Counted from the stretch's first letter, positions 1-10,066 are shown. The stretch: DNA of 64,000 nucleotides from an uncultured Bdellovibrionales bacterium (GCA_964497185.1 CAZCBX010000001.1:231519-295518), one strand, 5' to 3'. Notes: generated from the letters alone by a model not told the origin. Numbers and translations: made by a program.

Positions 1-1622
1 TCCACTTTTTACCCAGTTTGGCGCTGGAAGCCTGCAAATACGTCGACAAGGTGCGCATCAATCCTGGCAATTTTGCCGATCGAAAACGCTTTGACGTGCG
101 CGAATACACCGATCAAGAATATCAGCTGGAGCTGGAGCGCATTGCCGAAGAATTTTCGCCCATCGTGCGTGAGGCCAAAAAGCGGGGCATCGCCATGCGC
201 ATTGGCACCAACCATGGCTCATTGTCCGATCGCATTATGAACCGCTTTGGTGATACGCCCGAGGGCATGGTGGCCTCGGCATTGGAATTTATTCGTATCG
301 CGCAGGCAGAAAACTTTCATGATTTGATTGTTTCCATGAAAGCATCCAACCCCATGGTGATGATTCAAGCATACCGCAGTTTGGTTCAAGCCATGGACCA
401 AGAACAAATGGATTACCCACTGCATTTGGGCGTGACCGAAGCCGGGGATGGCCAGGATGGTCGAATCAAATCCGCCATTGGCATTGGATCGCTTTTAACC
501 GATGGTTTGGGTGACACCATTCGCGTATCGTTAACGGAAGATCCTGAACGTGAAATTCCTGTGGCCATGGCCTTGATTCAACAGTGTGCCCGAAGCCCGC
601 TGGATCGCATGCAATCCGAAAATGATTTTGAAAAAAAATACAGTGAGCCTAGCTGGAACCCATTGTCTTATGAAAGAAGATCATCCAACGCGTGGCAAGA
701 TCGCACCCTTACCATCGGTGAGCGTGCCCCCGTAGTGGTGCGCACCACAGCCGATGCAGGGTGGCCCAGTGATTTAAAGCCCGAATGCGTAAGCGTTAAA
801 AAAATCCCCATGCCGCAACCTGAGGGCCCAGTGGTGATTGCGCAACCAGACCAAGGGCCTACAGCGTGGCAGCATGCGGACGGTGTCATCATTGGTGCCC
901 ATCAACAATGGGCTCAGCCCAAGTACGCCGATAAACTTTTGGCACAGGCCAAAGACAAAGCCATTTGGGTGCGCGTTCAAAATCAAACGCAAGCCAGTAT
1001 GCTGCCCGATGTGTTGGCTGCGTTTTCAACCCATCCAAAATTGGGCGTGGAAGTTCGGCATGCCAAACTGGTGGGCTTGGCACGATTGGTGGCCAATGTG
1101 CTCCACCAAGAGGGTTCAAAAGTGCCTTTGCATTTGGCAGTGCAAACCTCCACCGAAGAGTCGCATACCGACATGATTTTACGGGTGAGCAGCGAGCTTG
1201 GCGGTTTGTTGTGCGATGGCCTGGGCGATAGCATTGAAGTGGTGCATGTCAATCCAACCGTCTCCCAAGAGTTGTCCTTTGCTGTATTGCAAGCCACGCG
1301 CTTGCGCATGTTGCGTGCCGACTACATTGCTTGTCCATCCTGTGGTCGAACACTGTTTAATTTGCAGGAAACCACAGCGCGCATCCGCGAAAAAACCAAT
1401 CATCTCGAGGGCGTCAAGATTGCCATCATGGGTTGCATTGTCAATGGCCCTGGCGAAATGGCCGACGCGGACTTTGGGTATGTGGGATCGGGGCCTGGTA
1501 GGATCAACCTCTTTGTCGGCAAAGAATGCGTGCAGCGAAACATCGATCAGGCGCAAGCCGATGAAAAACTCATCGATCTGATCAAAGCACACGGACGTTG
1601 GCATGAACCCCCGGCTGCCTAA
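1..1622 (+). CDS. ispG: 4-hydroxy-3-methylbut-2-en-1-yl diphosphate synthase IspG/GcpE, long form with central insert domain; N-terminus lies left of the window
   Basis: The ORF is open to the window edge, so the first in-frame Met at 18 is internal. It has the RINPGN and HLGVTEAGDG TIM-barrel motifs and the C-terminal CPSCGR...GCIVNGPGE Fe-S cysteine motifs. A ~270-aa insertion sits between the two conserved modules. Confidence 0.9.
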   Translation, partial: HFLPSLALEACKYVDKVRINPGNFADRKRFDVREYTDQEYQLELERIAEEFSPIVREAKKRGIAMRIGTNHGSLSDRIMNRFGDTPEGMVASALEFIRIAQAENFHDLIVSMKASNPMVMIQAYRSLVQAMDQEQMDYPLHLGVTEAGDGQDGRIKSAIGIGSLLTDGLGDTIRVSLTEDPEREIPVAMALIQQCARSPLDRMQSENDFEKKYSEPSWNPLSYERRSSNAWQDRTLTIGERAPVVVRTTADAGWPSDLKPECVSVKKIPMPQPEGPVVIAQPDQGPTAWQHADGVIIGAHQQWAQPKYADKLLAQAKDKAIWVRVQNQTQASMLPDVLAAFSTHPKLGVEVRHAKLVGLARLVANVLHQEGSKVPLHLAVQTSTEESHTDMILRVSSELGGLLCDGLGDSIEVVHVNPTVSQELSFAVLQATRLRMLRADYIACPSCGRTLFNLQETTARIREKTNHLEGVKIAIMGCIVNGPGEMADADFGYVGSGPGRINLFVGKECVQRNIDQAQADEKLIDLIKAHGRWHEPPAA

Positions 1623-2751
1623 TTTTTTAATCCAACTCTATCGACAAATCTGCCAGCAGCCGCACCTGGCATCTTCCGTGATTCATCAAAACATTACGCG
1701 CAATCGATCTCTGTCATCCACGCATCGTCGGCGTTTTCATCAATGGTTGTTGGATGGTTTGCGGTGGCGGTATGACTGGGACAATTGGTTGGATGTGGGT
1801 GTGGCCACCTTTGATGAATTTGATACCAAATTGGATCAGTTGCAAAAGCAGATATCGGTCGAAGCTTGCACCGACGCATCATCCATCGCACGTACTTGGA
1901 GCATGCCCCAGTGGTTGGTGGAAAGTTTGTTGCAAAACCGTACGCCCCTTCAAGTGGCCAATCTGCTTGGTCAACACATCCATCGACCTTTATTAACTGT
2001 ACGTGTCAACGCGTGGAAGAAAAGCAAAAGCCAGGTGAAAGAATGGTTGGACGCAAACAATCAACAGGCGCAGGATGTTCCCAAGTTATCTTATGCGTTG
2101 GAACTACCGGCGGGTACGCCTCTGTCTTCGATGTTGCCCATGCGCAAAGGGTGGCTTGAAATACAAGATTTGGCCAGCCAGTATTTGGTGGAGCAGATGG
2201 GCGTGCAACGCTGGCAAACGGTCATTGATGGCTGCGCCCGTTCGGGTGGAAAAACGCTGGCCATGGCCAGTCATATGCAGGGCGAGGGTACATTCTATCT
2301 TTTTGATGTGGATGCCCGGTTGTTGGAAAAAACCAAAAAACGAATGGCCCAAGCAGGTCTGGCGCAAACCCATGTGGATTGGATTGCACCGGAGGATGCC
2401 AATCCCATGCCGCATTTGGCCCGCAAAGCAGATCATGTATTGGTGGATGCCCCTTGCTCGAGCATCGGAACGCTGGCGCGCAGACCTTGGCTCAAATGGT
2501 CGTTGACGCCTGAAAAGGTCCATGCGTTTTCCATGTTGCAAAGTCAAATTTTGGCCAGACAAGCACAGTGGGTTAAGCCCGGTGGGCAGCTTGTGTATGC
2601 CACTTGTTCCTGGTTGTATCAAGAGAACCGGGCGGTTGTAGATAAGTTTTTGGGGGCGCATTCGGATTTTTCGTTGAAAAGGGATTTTCAAGCGGAGGAT
2701 GAGCTTGAGGAAAGTAATGGTTTTTATGGTGCTTATTTTGTTCGGGCTTAA
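1603..2751 (+). CDS. SAM-dependent RNA methyltransferase of the NOL1/NOP2/Sun (RsmB/RsmF-like) family
   Basis: The C-terminal half has the SAM-binding motif DGCARSGGKT, the catalytic DAPCSSIGT motif and a second Cys in YATCS. The N-terminal ~150 aa is not NusB-like. The start overlaps the ispG stop by 20 nt. Confidence 0.7.
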   Translation: MNPRLPNFLIQLYRQICQQPHLASSVIHQNITRNRSLSSTHRRRFHQWLLDGLRWRYDWDNWLDVGVATFDEFDTKLDQLQKQISVEACTDASSIARTWSMPQWLVESLLQNRTPLQVANLLGQHIHRPLLTVRVNAWKKSKSQVKEWLDANNQQAQDVPKLSYALELPAGTPLSSMLPMRKGWLEIQDLASQYLVEQMGVQRWQTVIDGCARSGGKTLAMASHMQGEGTFYLFDVDARLLEKTKKRMAQAGLAQTHVDWIAPEDANPMPHLARKADHVLVDAPCSSIGTLARRPWLKWSLTPEKVHAFSMLQSQILARQAQWVKPGGQLVYATCSWLYQENRAVVDKFLGAHSDFSLKRDFQAEDELEESNGFYGAYFVRA

Positions 2752-3094
2752 GGTGTGTCTTTTTTAAATAGCAATTTGTTTTAAATAGCAATCTGTGGCG
2801 AGGTACACACCCCGGGGAAACGTTTCGCGAACTCGCGGGCGCCCTTTTTTATTAAGCTAATTATGATTTCATTGGAGCTGGGTTTCTTTGTTTCGGTAGA
2901 TGGAGTTGCTCAGACAGCGCTACACGTTGTCCCCGGGGCGGTACCTGCGCCCTGTGCATTTGTGCGGGTGGGGGTATGGGTAAATGGTCAAACGCCCGAT
3001 GGGCGTTTGTCATTGTTTTTTTATAGTTCTTCGATTTTTAGTTAAAAAATAAAGCATTTAAAATTACAAATGGCTTAGTTATAAAAGGCTGGTT

Positions 3095-3952
3095 TTGATT
3101 GGTTTTTCGCGTACACTTGCTTGCATGAACGATAAAAAAATGCCCCCATTGCCGCCGCGGTACTTTCCTGAAAAGGCTTACAAAGATCAAGAATTTATCA
3201 ATAGCCCTGATGCTCGGCCGCTTCGGATTTTGGCGGAGTACATGGAGCCCAATCAGCGGTTTGCCCGTCATGGTGTACACAACACCATTGTGTTTTTTGG
3301 CTCGGCGCGTTTGGTCTCTAGTGAAGATGCGCAAGTGTTGTATGATCAGCTTAAAAAAGACAATGCGCCGCAAGAGGAACTTGCACAAGCCAAGCGATTT
3401 GTGCAAATGGGTCAGTATTATGATGATGCCGTAGAGTTGGCTGCCATGTTAACACGGTGGTCCGATGACAAGTACGGGCAAAGTGACCAGCGTTATTTGA
3501 TTTGTTCAGGCGGTGGTCCGGGCATTATGGAGGCTGCCAACAAAGGTGCGCATATGGCTGGTGGCGAGTCGGTGGGCTTGAGTATTTCTTTGCCGTTTGA
3601 GGCCAATGCCAATGAATACATCACCCCCAAGCATAGCTATGAGTTTCATTACTTTTTTACACGCAAGTATTGGTTTTCCTATTTGGCCAAAGCATTGGTG
3701 ATCTTTCCCGGCGGCTTCGGCACGTTGGATGAACTGGCAGAAATTTTAACGTTGATTCAGACCATGAAAATCAAAAAGAAAATTCCCATTGTTATTTATG
3801 GCAGTGAATTTTGGAATGAGGTCCTGAATGTCAAGGCACTTGCCAAGTGGGGTACCATATCACCCACAGACATTGACTTGTTGACTTACTGTGACACTCC
3901 CCAAGATGCATTTGACTGCATCACGGGGCAAATCAAACAACATACAAAATAA
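3095..3952 (+). CDS. LOG-family (TIGR00730-type) Rossmann-fold nucleotide-binding protein / nucleoside 5'-monophosphate nucleosidase-like
   Basis: It has the GGGPGIMEA and PGGFGTLDE motifs. There is a TTG start at 3095 with AAAAGG 6 nt upstream; an alternative ATG lies at 3125. Confidence 0.65.
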   Translation: MIGFSRTLACMNDKKMPPLPPRYFPEKAYKDQEFINSPDARPLRILAEYMEPNQRFARHGVHNTIVFFGSARLVSSEDAQVLYDQLKKDNAPQEELAQAKRFVQMGQYYDDAVELAAMLTRWSDDKYGQSDQRYLICSGGGPGIMEAANKGAHMAGGESVGLSISLPFEANANEYITPKHSYEFHYFFTRKYWFSYLAKALVIFPGGFGTLDELAEILTLIQTMKIKKKIPIVIYGSEFWNEVLNVKALAKWGTISPTDIDLLTYCDTPQDAFDCITGQIKQHTK

Positions 3953-3963
3953 ATTTTTACGAC

Positions 3964-4872
3964 TTACGTAGAAGCGGAAGGTTCAATTTCGTCGGTGACA
4001 AATGTGTCGTCGTCATCTGGAAACGGTTCGGTGTGAATCAACACTTCGCGTATGCCATCCATTTTATTTTTAATGCGGTCTTCAATTTGATGGGCCACCC
4101 GATGGGCAACAATGGTTGGCATATCAGGCGGAACCTGTATGTGCAGATCAATAAAGGCCTCACCCACATCTCCGCGTGTGCGCACATGGTGACAATCAAT
4201 GATTTCTTTTTGTTCCAGCACAAGGGCTTTGATTTCTTCTACATCCAAAAAGGCAGCATCGCTTAAAACCATAAAGTTTTTTCGCAATATTTTAAATGCG
4301 GCCCATACGAAGTACAGAGCAATCACCAAAGAAAGCGCAGCATCCACCCAGCCCCAGCCCAAACGAATGCATAAAAGTGAAATTAATACAGTCACGGACA
4401 CCCACACATCGCTTGCGGTATGCATGGCATCGGCTTCCAAAGCTTGGCTGTGAAACTCTTTTGCTTTTTTGTGTTCGTACCGATGCACAAAGAAGTTGAT
4501 GATCAAACTCAATACGATGATGCCGATGCCTGCAATGTGAAAACGAATTTCTTCCGGGTGGGTGATGCGCTCAAGGGCATGTTTGCCAATCTCCCACGCG
4601 GTGAGCAAAATAAAAAAAGAAATGCCCAAAGTAGAAATGCTTTCAAATTTATGATGGCCGTAATGATGATCTTCGTCCGAAGGCTTGGATGCAATCCATA
4701 CGCCGACAAAACCAATGAGGCTGCTGCCCATGTCCATCATGGAGTGAAAGCCATCGGCGATCATGGTCAGCGTGTCGGTCCAAAAACCGTATCCGAGCTG
4801 AAGCACCCCCACCAATAAATTGAGCGCAAAGGTGACAAGAAAAACACGTTTTATGGCGTGGGTTTCTTTCAA
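3964..4872 (-). CDS. cation diffusion facilitator (CDF) family divalent-metal efflux transporter
   Basis: Six predicted TM helices, the HSMMDMGSS and HHYGHHKFE motifs, and a His/Asp-rich C-terminal domain. The start is inferred at TTG 4872, because the ORF-track Met at 5064 would overlap pyk by 195 nt. Confidence 0.75.
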   Translation of the reverse strand: MKETHAIKRVFLVTFALNLLVGVLQLGYGFWTDTLTMIADGFHSMMDMGSSLIGFVGVWIASKPSDEDHHYGHHKFESISTLGISFFILLTAWEIGKHALERITHPEEIRFHIAGIGIIVLSLIINFFVHRYEHKKAKEFHSQALEADAMHTASDVWVSVTVLISLLCIRLGWGWVDAALSLVIALYFVWAAFKILRKNFMVLSDAAFLDVEEIKALVLEQKEIIDCHHVRTRGDVGEAFIDLHIQVPPDMPTIVAHRVAHQIEDRIKNKMDGIREVLIHTEPFPDDDDTFVTDEIEPSAST

Positions 4873-6296
4873 CGTGTGCCCTGATCGCCCAGTCGATGAA
4901 TTTTTAAAATATTGGTGGCACCACTGGATAACCCCGTGCCCGCAATAACAATCACGGCATCTTTTTTCTTCAGTTTGGCTTTTTTCATCACGACCTGATC
5001 GCCCTGAGCAAACAGCTCGTCCACGTTTTTGCCCGCGGCGCTCACATAAGCTTCTACACCCCAAATTAAACTCAAACGTCGATAGGTTTCATGTGAAGGC
5101 GTCAAGGCAATGATCCGAGATTTGGGACGCGCTTTGGACATGGTGATCGCCGTGCGGCCACTTTCGGTGTACACCACAATGGCTTTGTAGGTGGGGTTTT
5201 CGCCAATGGAAGATACGGCGTGGATAATGTAATCCGCATCGCTTTCTCGTTTTTTATCAAATTTGTCTTTGGCCAGTTCTGGATTTTCTTCGGCCGCAGC
5301 AATGATCGAACTCATGGTACGAACAGCATCCAACGGGTATTTGCCCATGGCCGTTTCACCCGATAGCATCACGGCGTCTGTACCGTCCCAAATGGCGTTG
5401 GCCACGTCGGTGGTTTCGGCGCGGGTGGGTCTTGGGTTGAATGTCATGGACTCCAGCATCTGGGTGGCGGTGATCACGGGTTTGGAATGCGCGGCCGCTT
5501 TTTCAATGAGCATTTTTTGAATGACGGGCACTTGGGCGGTGGGCACTTCAACGCCCAAATCACCTCGGGCAATCATGATGGCATCGGTGACCGATAAAAT
5601 TTCGTCGATTTCTTCAACGGCCTGTGGTTTTTCGATTTTGGCCACAATCGGTAAAATACGGCCGTGTTTTTTCATCCAAGTTTTGGCTTTGGTGATGTCC
5701 GCAGCTTTTTGCACAAAGGACAAGGCCACGTAATCAATGTCCAGTTGAACAACTTGTTTAAGAATTTCGCGATCGCGTTTGGTAAAGGGAGAAATTGGGA
5801 TGTAGCGGTTGGGAATATTGATGCCTTTGCGCTGGCGCAATTCTCCACCCACCACCACTTTGCAGTGAATGTCTTTGTCATCGGCCGACAAAACTTTTAA
5901 CTCCATCATGCCGTCGGCCAATAAAATTTGATCGCCTTTTTGCACGATGCTGGGCAATTTGTCGTAGCCCAATGGAATTTCTTTGGAGGTACCGGGCACG
6001 TTGCGATTGGTTAAAATGCAGCGAGCACCTTGTGCAAGGTACACCGGTTCGTTTTGCGCAAATCGACCCACCCTAATTTTGGGCCCCGGCATGTCGGCCA
6101 AAATGCCCACAGGTCTTTTGTATTTGGCAGAAACTTTGCGAATTTTTTCAATGTTTTGAATGTGGTCTTTGACCGAGCCATGCGAAAAATTAAGCCGGAA
6201 CACGTTGACGCCCAAATCCAATGCTTTTTTTAAAGTGACGGATGAATCAAAAGAAGGGCCTAACGTGGCGATGATTTTGGTGCGTTTGGATGCCAT
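4869..6296 (-). CDS. pyk: pyruvate kinase
   Basis: Conserved along its full length, including the N-terminal KIIATLGPS motif and MIARGDLGVE (full-length 475 aa). Confidence 0.9.
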   Translation of the reverse strand: MASKRTKIIATLGPSFDSSVTLKKALDLGVNVFRLNFSHGSVKDHIQNIEKIRKVSAKYKRPVGILADMPGPKIRVGRFAQNEPVYLAQGARCILTNRNVPGTSKEIPLGYDKLPSIVQKGDQILLADGMMELKVLSADDKDIHCKVVVGGELRQRKGINIPNRYIPISPFTKRDREILKQVVQLDIDYVALSFVQKAADITKAKTWMKKHGRILPIVAKIEKPQAVEEIDEILSVTDAIMIARGDLGVEVPTAQVPVIQKMLIEKAAAHSKPVITATQMLESMTFNPRPTRAETTDVANAIWDGTDAVMLSGETAMGKYPLDAVRTMSSIIAAAEENPELAKDKFDKKRESDADYIIHAVSSIGENPTYKAIVVYTESGRTAITMSKARPKSRIIALTPSHETYRRLSLIWGVEAYVSAAGKNVDELFAQGDQVVMKKAKLKKKDAVIVIAGTGLSSGATNILKIHRLGDQGTR

Positions 6297-6440
6297 GGAG
6301 TTCTTATACTATAGGTATGTCAATATTCATAGATACAGTTGCATGCTTGCCTCAAACCGACACGGTTTGATACAAGCCGCGGGCTCATTGACTTCGCAAG
6401 CTGATCGATTCAGGCGTGTGCAAAAGATTTTGGTGCGCGT

Positions 6441-7121
6441 TTAAGCATTGGGCGAAGACAATTTAATGCCACATCCATAAGGTGCCACATCGGTATGCAC
6501 AACATCGGTGTTGGGGTTGCCATCAAGCAGGGCATCCAAGGCGGCTTCAATATAATTAATGGCGCCATTGAGTGTTGACGGACGAAAAGAGGGTTGGTCG
6601 TCAATGGCTCCTTGGTACACGATCATACCTTTGGGGTCGATAACAAACATATGAGGGGTGGTGGAGGCTTTGTATTTTGTGGCCATGACACCTTCTTCAT
6701 CCAAAAGAACAGCCGTGGGGTGAGCGTTGCGCTGGTCAGGGCCTAAAATCTCTTTGGCTTGCGCAGCGGTCATATGGCCTTGCTTACCGGGCGCAGAAGA
6801 TGAAACCGTCAGCCATATCACACCTTGATCGGTGTACTTTTTTTGCCGGTTTTGCATGTGCCCTTGGTCATAGTGCTTTTTAACAAAAGGACATTCGTTG
6901 TTAAACCATTCAAGCACCACATATTTGCCTTTAAATTGATCCAAACTGTAGGTTTGGCCGTCGTGTCCGGCAATGTCTTTAAATGCATAGGCAGGGGTGG
7001 GGTCTTTTTGGGTTTGAACCACGGGCCCTGCATTGGAAAACAGCACTTCTGTTCCAACCAATAAGGTCACCAGACCCAAGGCAATGGGCCCAAAACGCAA
7101 TTTTTTGAAAAAACGTCGCAC
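6441..7121 (-). CDS. secreted thioredoxin-fold protein (redoxin / AhpC-TSA-like) with a single-Cys CPFV motif
   Basis: It has a signal peptide. The motif VVLEWFNNECPFVKKHY sits at the position of a thioredoxin-fold active site, with no second Cys nearby. It lies directly downstream of dsbD on the same strand. Confidence 0.5.
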   Translation of the reverse strand: MRRFFKKLRFGPIALGLVTLLVGTEVLFSNAGPVVQTQKDPTPAYAFKDIAGHDGQTYSLDQFKGKYVVLEWFNNECPFVKKHYDQGHMQNRQKKYTDQGVIWLTVSSSAPGKQGHMTAAQAKEILGPDQRNAHPTAVLLDEEGVMATKYKASTTPHMFVIDPKGMIVYQGAIDDQPSFRPSTLNGAINYIEAALDALLDGNPNTDVVHTDVAPYGCGIKLSSPNA

Positions 7122-7136
7122 GATCCTCTTATTATA

Positions 7137-9167
7137 TCACAAGTTTTTTTCAATCGCTTCCAAAAATACACCGGCGGTCAGGACCGAAGGCAATAAAATG
7201 GGTTTGGTCTGGCCCGGTAGCCATAATGCATACACGGGTACCCCAATGCGATCGAGTTTTTTGAGTGCTTGGGTGATGGCTGGATCGCGTCGTGTCCAAT
7301 CTGCTTTGAGCATCAGGATGTTTTTTTCCTTCACGGTCTGCCAAACCCGGTCTTGTGTAAAAGTGAGGCGTTCGTTGACTTTGCAGGTCAAGCACCAGTC
7401 AGCTGTAAAGTCGACAAATACGGGTTGGTTGTTGGCCAAGCCATCGGTTATGGCTTGCGCGCTATAGGGTTGCCATCGATCATCGTGCACCACCGTTGTG
7501 GCGTTTGTGGTGCCAAGCTCTAGCGCATGCATCAGTCCCCATGCCAAGCCCCAAAAGGCAGCCGCCAAGAGCACAATGCGGGAAAAGGATCGAAAATGGC
7601 GCCAAAAAAAGCAGCAAGCCATGGTTACGCAGGTGCCCAGCGCCAGCCAGCTCATCCAGGGGTGGGTTAGATTTTGTAACACCCAAGCCAACCATATTAC
7701 GCTCAGCGCCAGCGGAAGGGCCAAAATCTTCGAGGCGCGGTCCATCCACATACCGGGCTTGGGTAAAAAATGGGTCAATCTTGGAAACAAATGAAGCAGC
7801 AAAAAAGGAAATGCCAACCCAAGGCCCAGACTTGCAAAGGTTAGCACAATCACCCACGGGGATTGGGTCAGCGCAACGCCCATGGCCACGCCCATAAACG
7901 GTGCGGTGCAGGGCGTGGCGACACCCACAATCAAAGCGCCGGTGAAAAAGTCGCCCCACGGGCTGGGCTGATGCATTCTCTGGCCCAGCCGCCCGTGTAT
8001 TTGCAGACCAGGGATATCAATGCGTCCCCAAAAAGCCACTGCCAACAGCGTAAAAAGAACCATTAAGTTCAGTACAAAGCCAGGAGACTGGAGTTGAAAC
8101 CCCCAGCCCACCGCTTGTCCTGTTTGCTGCAAAACCACGACCAGCAACCCCAGACCCACCATGGTGGTCATGGTGCCCAGGCTGTAGGCTGTGGTATGAA
8201 ACCAAGAAGTATTCGTGGGCCTTCTCTCAGTGAGCAAACTCATGGCTTTAAGCGACAGCACAGGAAATACGCAGGGCATCGCGTTTAACAGAAGCCCACC
8301 GGCAAACGCCAAAACAAGCAAAGTCCAAATCGACCAGTTGGATGCATTTTCACCAGCACTGGGCGCTTGGCCTGCAGGATACGCCCAGTGGGCCGATTGA
8401 GGCTCGCCTTTTGTATTGTACTGCACCCATAACCCCTGTTGCAGCGATTGTGTGGTTGGAAACTCAAATGCGGTGGTTTCTACATTGTGCACCACTTGTG
8501 ACGGTCTAAGCCAGGCGCGAGACGTTGTGTTGTAGGGAAAAAAGTCCACACCATCTTTGCGGCTGAGTTGATTAAAGATGAGGGTGGTGGCTTGTTCTTG
8601 TGTGCGTGTTTGCCATGTTATGGGTGGATCTTGGGGATATACATAAGCATCAAAGATGGCAGCAGACGTTGAAGATGGCTCGGAGCCAAGGGGCGCTAGC
8701 AGTTTAACGTTAAAGCTTTGCTGGTTGGGAATGCATATTTCTTTGCACACCAGCCATGCAGCATCAACCGTCAGGCTAAGTGGAAAAGCATCGGCGGGCA
8801 AAGGATCCGGTAAATCAAGCGTGCGATAAAAAAGCACGGTTTGATCGTAGCCAAAAGACTCAGAAGTGGCTGTAGAAAATCTTTTTGGGGCAGGCGCCAC
8901 CAGTTCAGAAAGATTTACGGCGATATCGGCAGAGGCGGTGATATCCATCACCGGGGGCATGCCCGTGTCGCCCGCATGCAGCCAATAGGTGTGCCACTGG
9001 GGTTCAAGCTCGATGTACAGTCCTATTTTCATGCCTGGCTGATAGGCATCATGCTCCAGCCACACATCCGCTTGGCTATGGTGGGTTTGAGCAAGGGCGA
9101 TGGCCGGATGCAGCAAGCTGAAACAGCCCATGATCCATACCATCACCCAATAAAAACGGTCGCGCAT
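7137..9167 (-). CDS. dsbD: thiol:disulfide interchange protein DsbD (protein-disulfide reductase)
   Basis: A periplasmic N-terminal domain, a central multi-TM domain with CVFPVLSLK, and a C-terminal thioredoxin domain with WCLTC. Confidence 0.85.
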   Translation of the reverse strand: MRDRFYWVMVWIMGCFSLLHPAIALAQTHHSQADVWLEHDAYQPGMKIGLYIELEPQWHTYWLHAGDTGMPPVMDITASADIAVNLSELVAPAPKRFSTATSESFGYDQTVLFYRTLDLPDPLPADAFPLSLTVDAAWLVCKEICIPNQQSFNVKLLAPLGSEPSSTSAAIFDAYVYPQDPPITWQTRTQEQATTLIFNQLSRKDGVDFFPYNTTSRAWLRPSQVVHNVETTAFEFPTTQSLQQGLWVQYNTKGEPQSAHWAYPAGQAPSAGENASNWSIWTLLVLAFAGGLLLNAMPCVFPVLSLKAMSLLTERRPTNTSWFHTTAYSLGTMTTMVGLGLLVVVLQQTGQAVGWGFQLQSPGFVLNLMVLFTLLAVAFWGRIDIPGLQIHGRLGQRMHQPSPWGDFFTGALIVGVATPCTAPFMGVAMGVALTQSPWVIVLTFASLGLGLAFPFLLLHLFPRLTHFLPKPGMWMDRASKILALPLALSVIWLAWVLQNLTHPWMSWLALGTCVTMACCFFWRHFRSFSRIVLLAAAFWGLAWGLMHALELGTTNATTVVHDDRWQPYSAQAITDGLANNQPVFVDFTADWCLTCKVNERLTFTQDRVWQTVKEKNILMLKADWTRRDPAITQALKKLDRIGVPVYALWLPGQTKPILLPSVLTAGVFLEAIEKNL

Positions 9168-9268
9168 GGGGCAGTTTTATCGGATATCCGGTCGCAGGTC
9201 GACCTTTTCAACGCTGGTCAAGGTGAAAAAAGTACGTTATATGCGTGAAGCACATAGAGGAGAACAAT

Positions 9269-10066
9269 ATGCAAACATCATTTGAAGATTTAAAAGGAAA
9301 ATGGGCACTGATTTTGGGTGCATCCAGCGGTTTTGGCGCAGCAACCGCCCGCGCGTTGGCCAAAGCAGGCATGAACATTTGCGGCGTGCATTTGGATCGC
9401 AAAGCAGGCATGGAAGCCGTTGATGCGCTTAAAAAAGATTTAACCGATACGGGCGCTCAAATTTTATTTTTTAACATCAACGCCTCCGATCCAGAAAAGC
9501 GAAAAGACGTGATCGCAGCATTGGCCGAGCAAAATGCGCAGGTCCACGTGCTTTTTCACTCCTTGGCCTTTGGTACGCTTAAACCTTTTATTGGCAATGA
9601 AAACGAAACCATCGGTCAAAAACACATGGAAATGACGTTGGACGTGATGGCCAACTCATTGGTGTATTGGACCCAAAGCTTGGTGCGTGAAGAGCGCTTT
9701 GCCAAGGGCGGTCGAATTTTTGCCATGACCAGCGCCGGCTCAAGCCGCGTATGGGAAAGCTATGGCGCGGTCAGTGCTGCCAAGTCCGCACTTGAGTCTC
9801 ACATTCGCCAGCTGGCTTTGGAATTGGCGCCCCACCAAATTGCAGCCAATGCCATTTGTGCCGGTGTAACCGATACGCCTGCGCTTCGCAAAATTCCGGG
9901 CAATGAGGCCATGATTGACATCGCAACCAAAAAAAATCCCTACAAACGTTTGACCACCCCCGAAGACATTGCCAATGCAACCGTTGCGTTGAGTTTGCCT
10001 CACGTAGCGTGGTTGTCCGGCAATACACTCAACATTGACGGCGGCGAAATGATTGTCGACGGCTAA
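9269..10066 (+). CDS. SDR-family NAD(P)-dependent oxidoreductase
   Basis: GASSGFG Rossmann motif and YxxxK-like catalytic region. The start is ATG 9269, preceded by AGAGGAG; the GTG at 9245 lacks an RBS. Confidence 0.75.
   Translation: MQTSFEDLKGKWALILGASSGFGAATARALAKAGMNICGVHLDRKAGMEAVDALKKDLTDTGAQILFFNINASDPEKRKDVIAALAEQNAQVHVLFHSLAFGTLKPFIGNENETIGQKHMEMTLDVMANSLVYWTQSLVREERFAKGGRIFAMTSAGSSRVWESYGAVSAAKSALESHIRQLALELAPHQIAANAICAGVTDTPALRKIPGNEAMIDIATKKNPYKRLTTPEDIANATVALSLPHVAWLSGNTLNIDGGEMIVDG

Noticed and set aside
219-1604. Numerous 60-140-aa ORFs on both strands inside ispG, and similarly inside dsbD, tkt, the M48 peptidase, ileS and the opp genes
   Set aside because: All are nested within long, motif-supported genes and lack start context. 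They are typical shadow ORFs.
3964-5064. A 366-aa version of the CDF transporter starting at the ATG at 5064
   Set aside because: The extra 64 N-terminal residues are Arg/Cys-rich, unlike CDF N-termini, and would overlap pyk by 195 nt. TTG 4872 is preferred.
9245-9268. A GTG start for the SDR gene at 9245
   Set aside because: It has no RBS, whereas AGAGGAG precedes ATG 9269.
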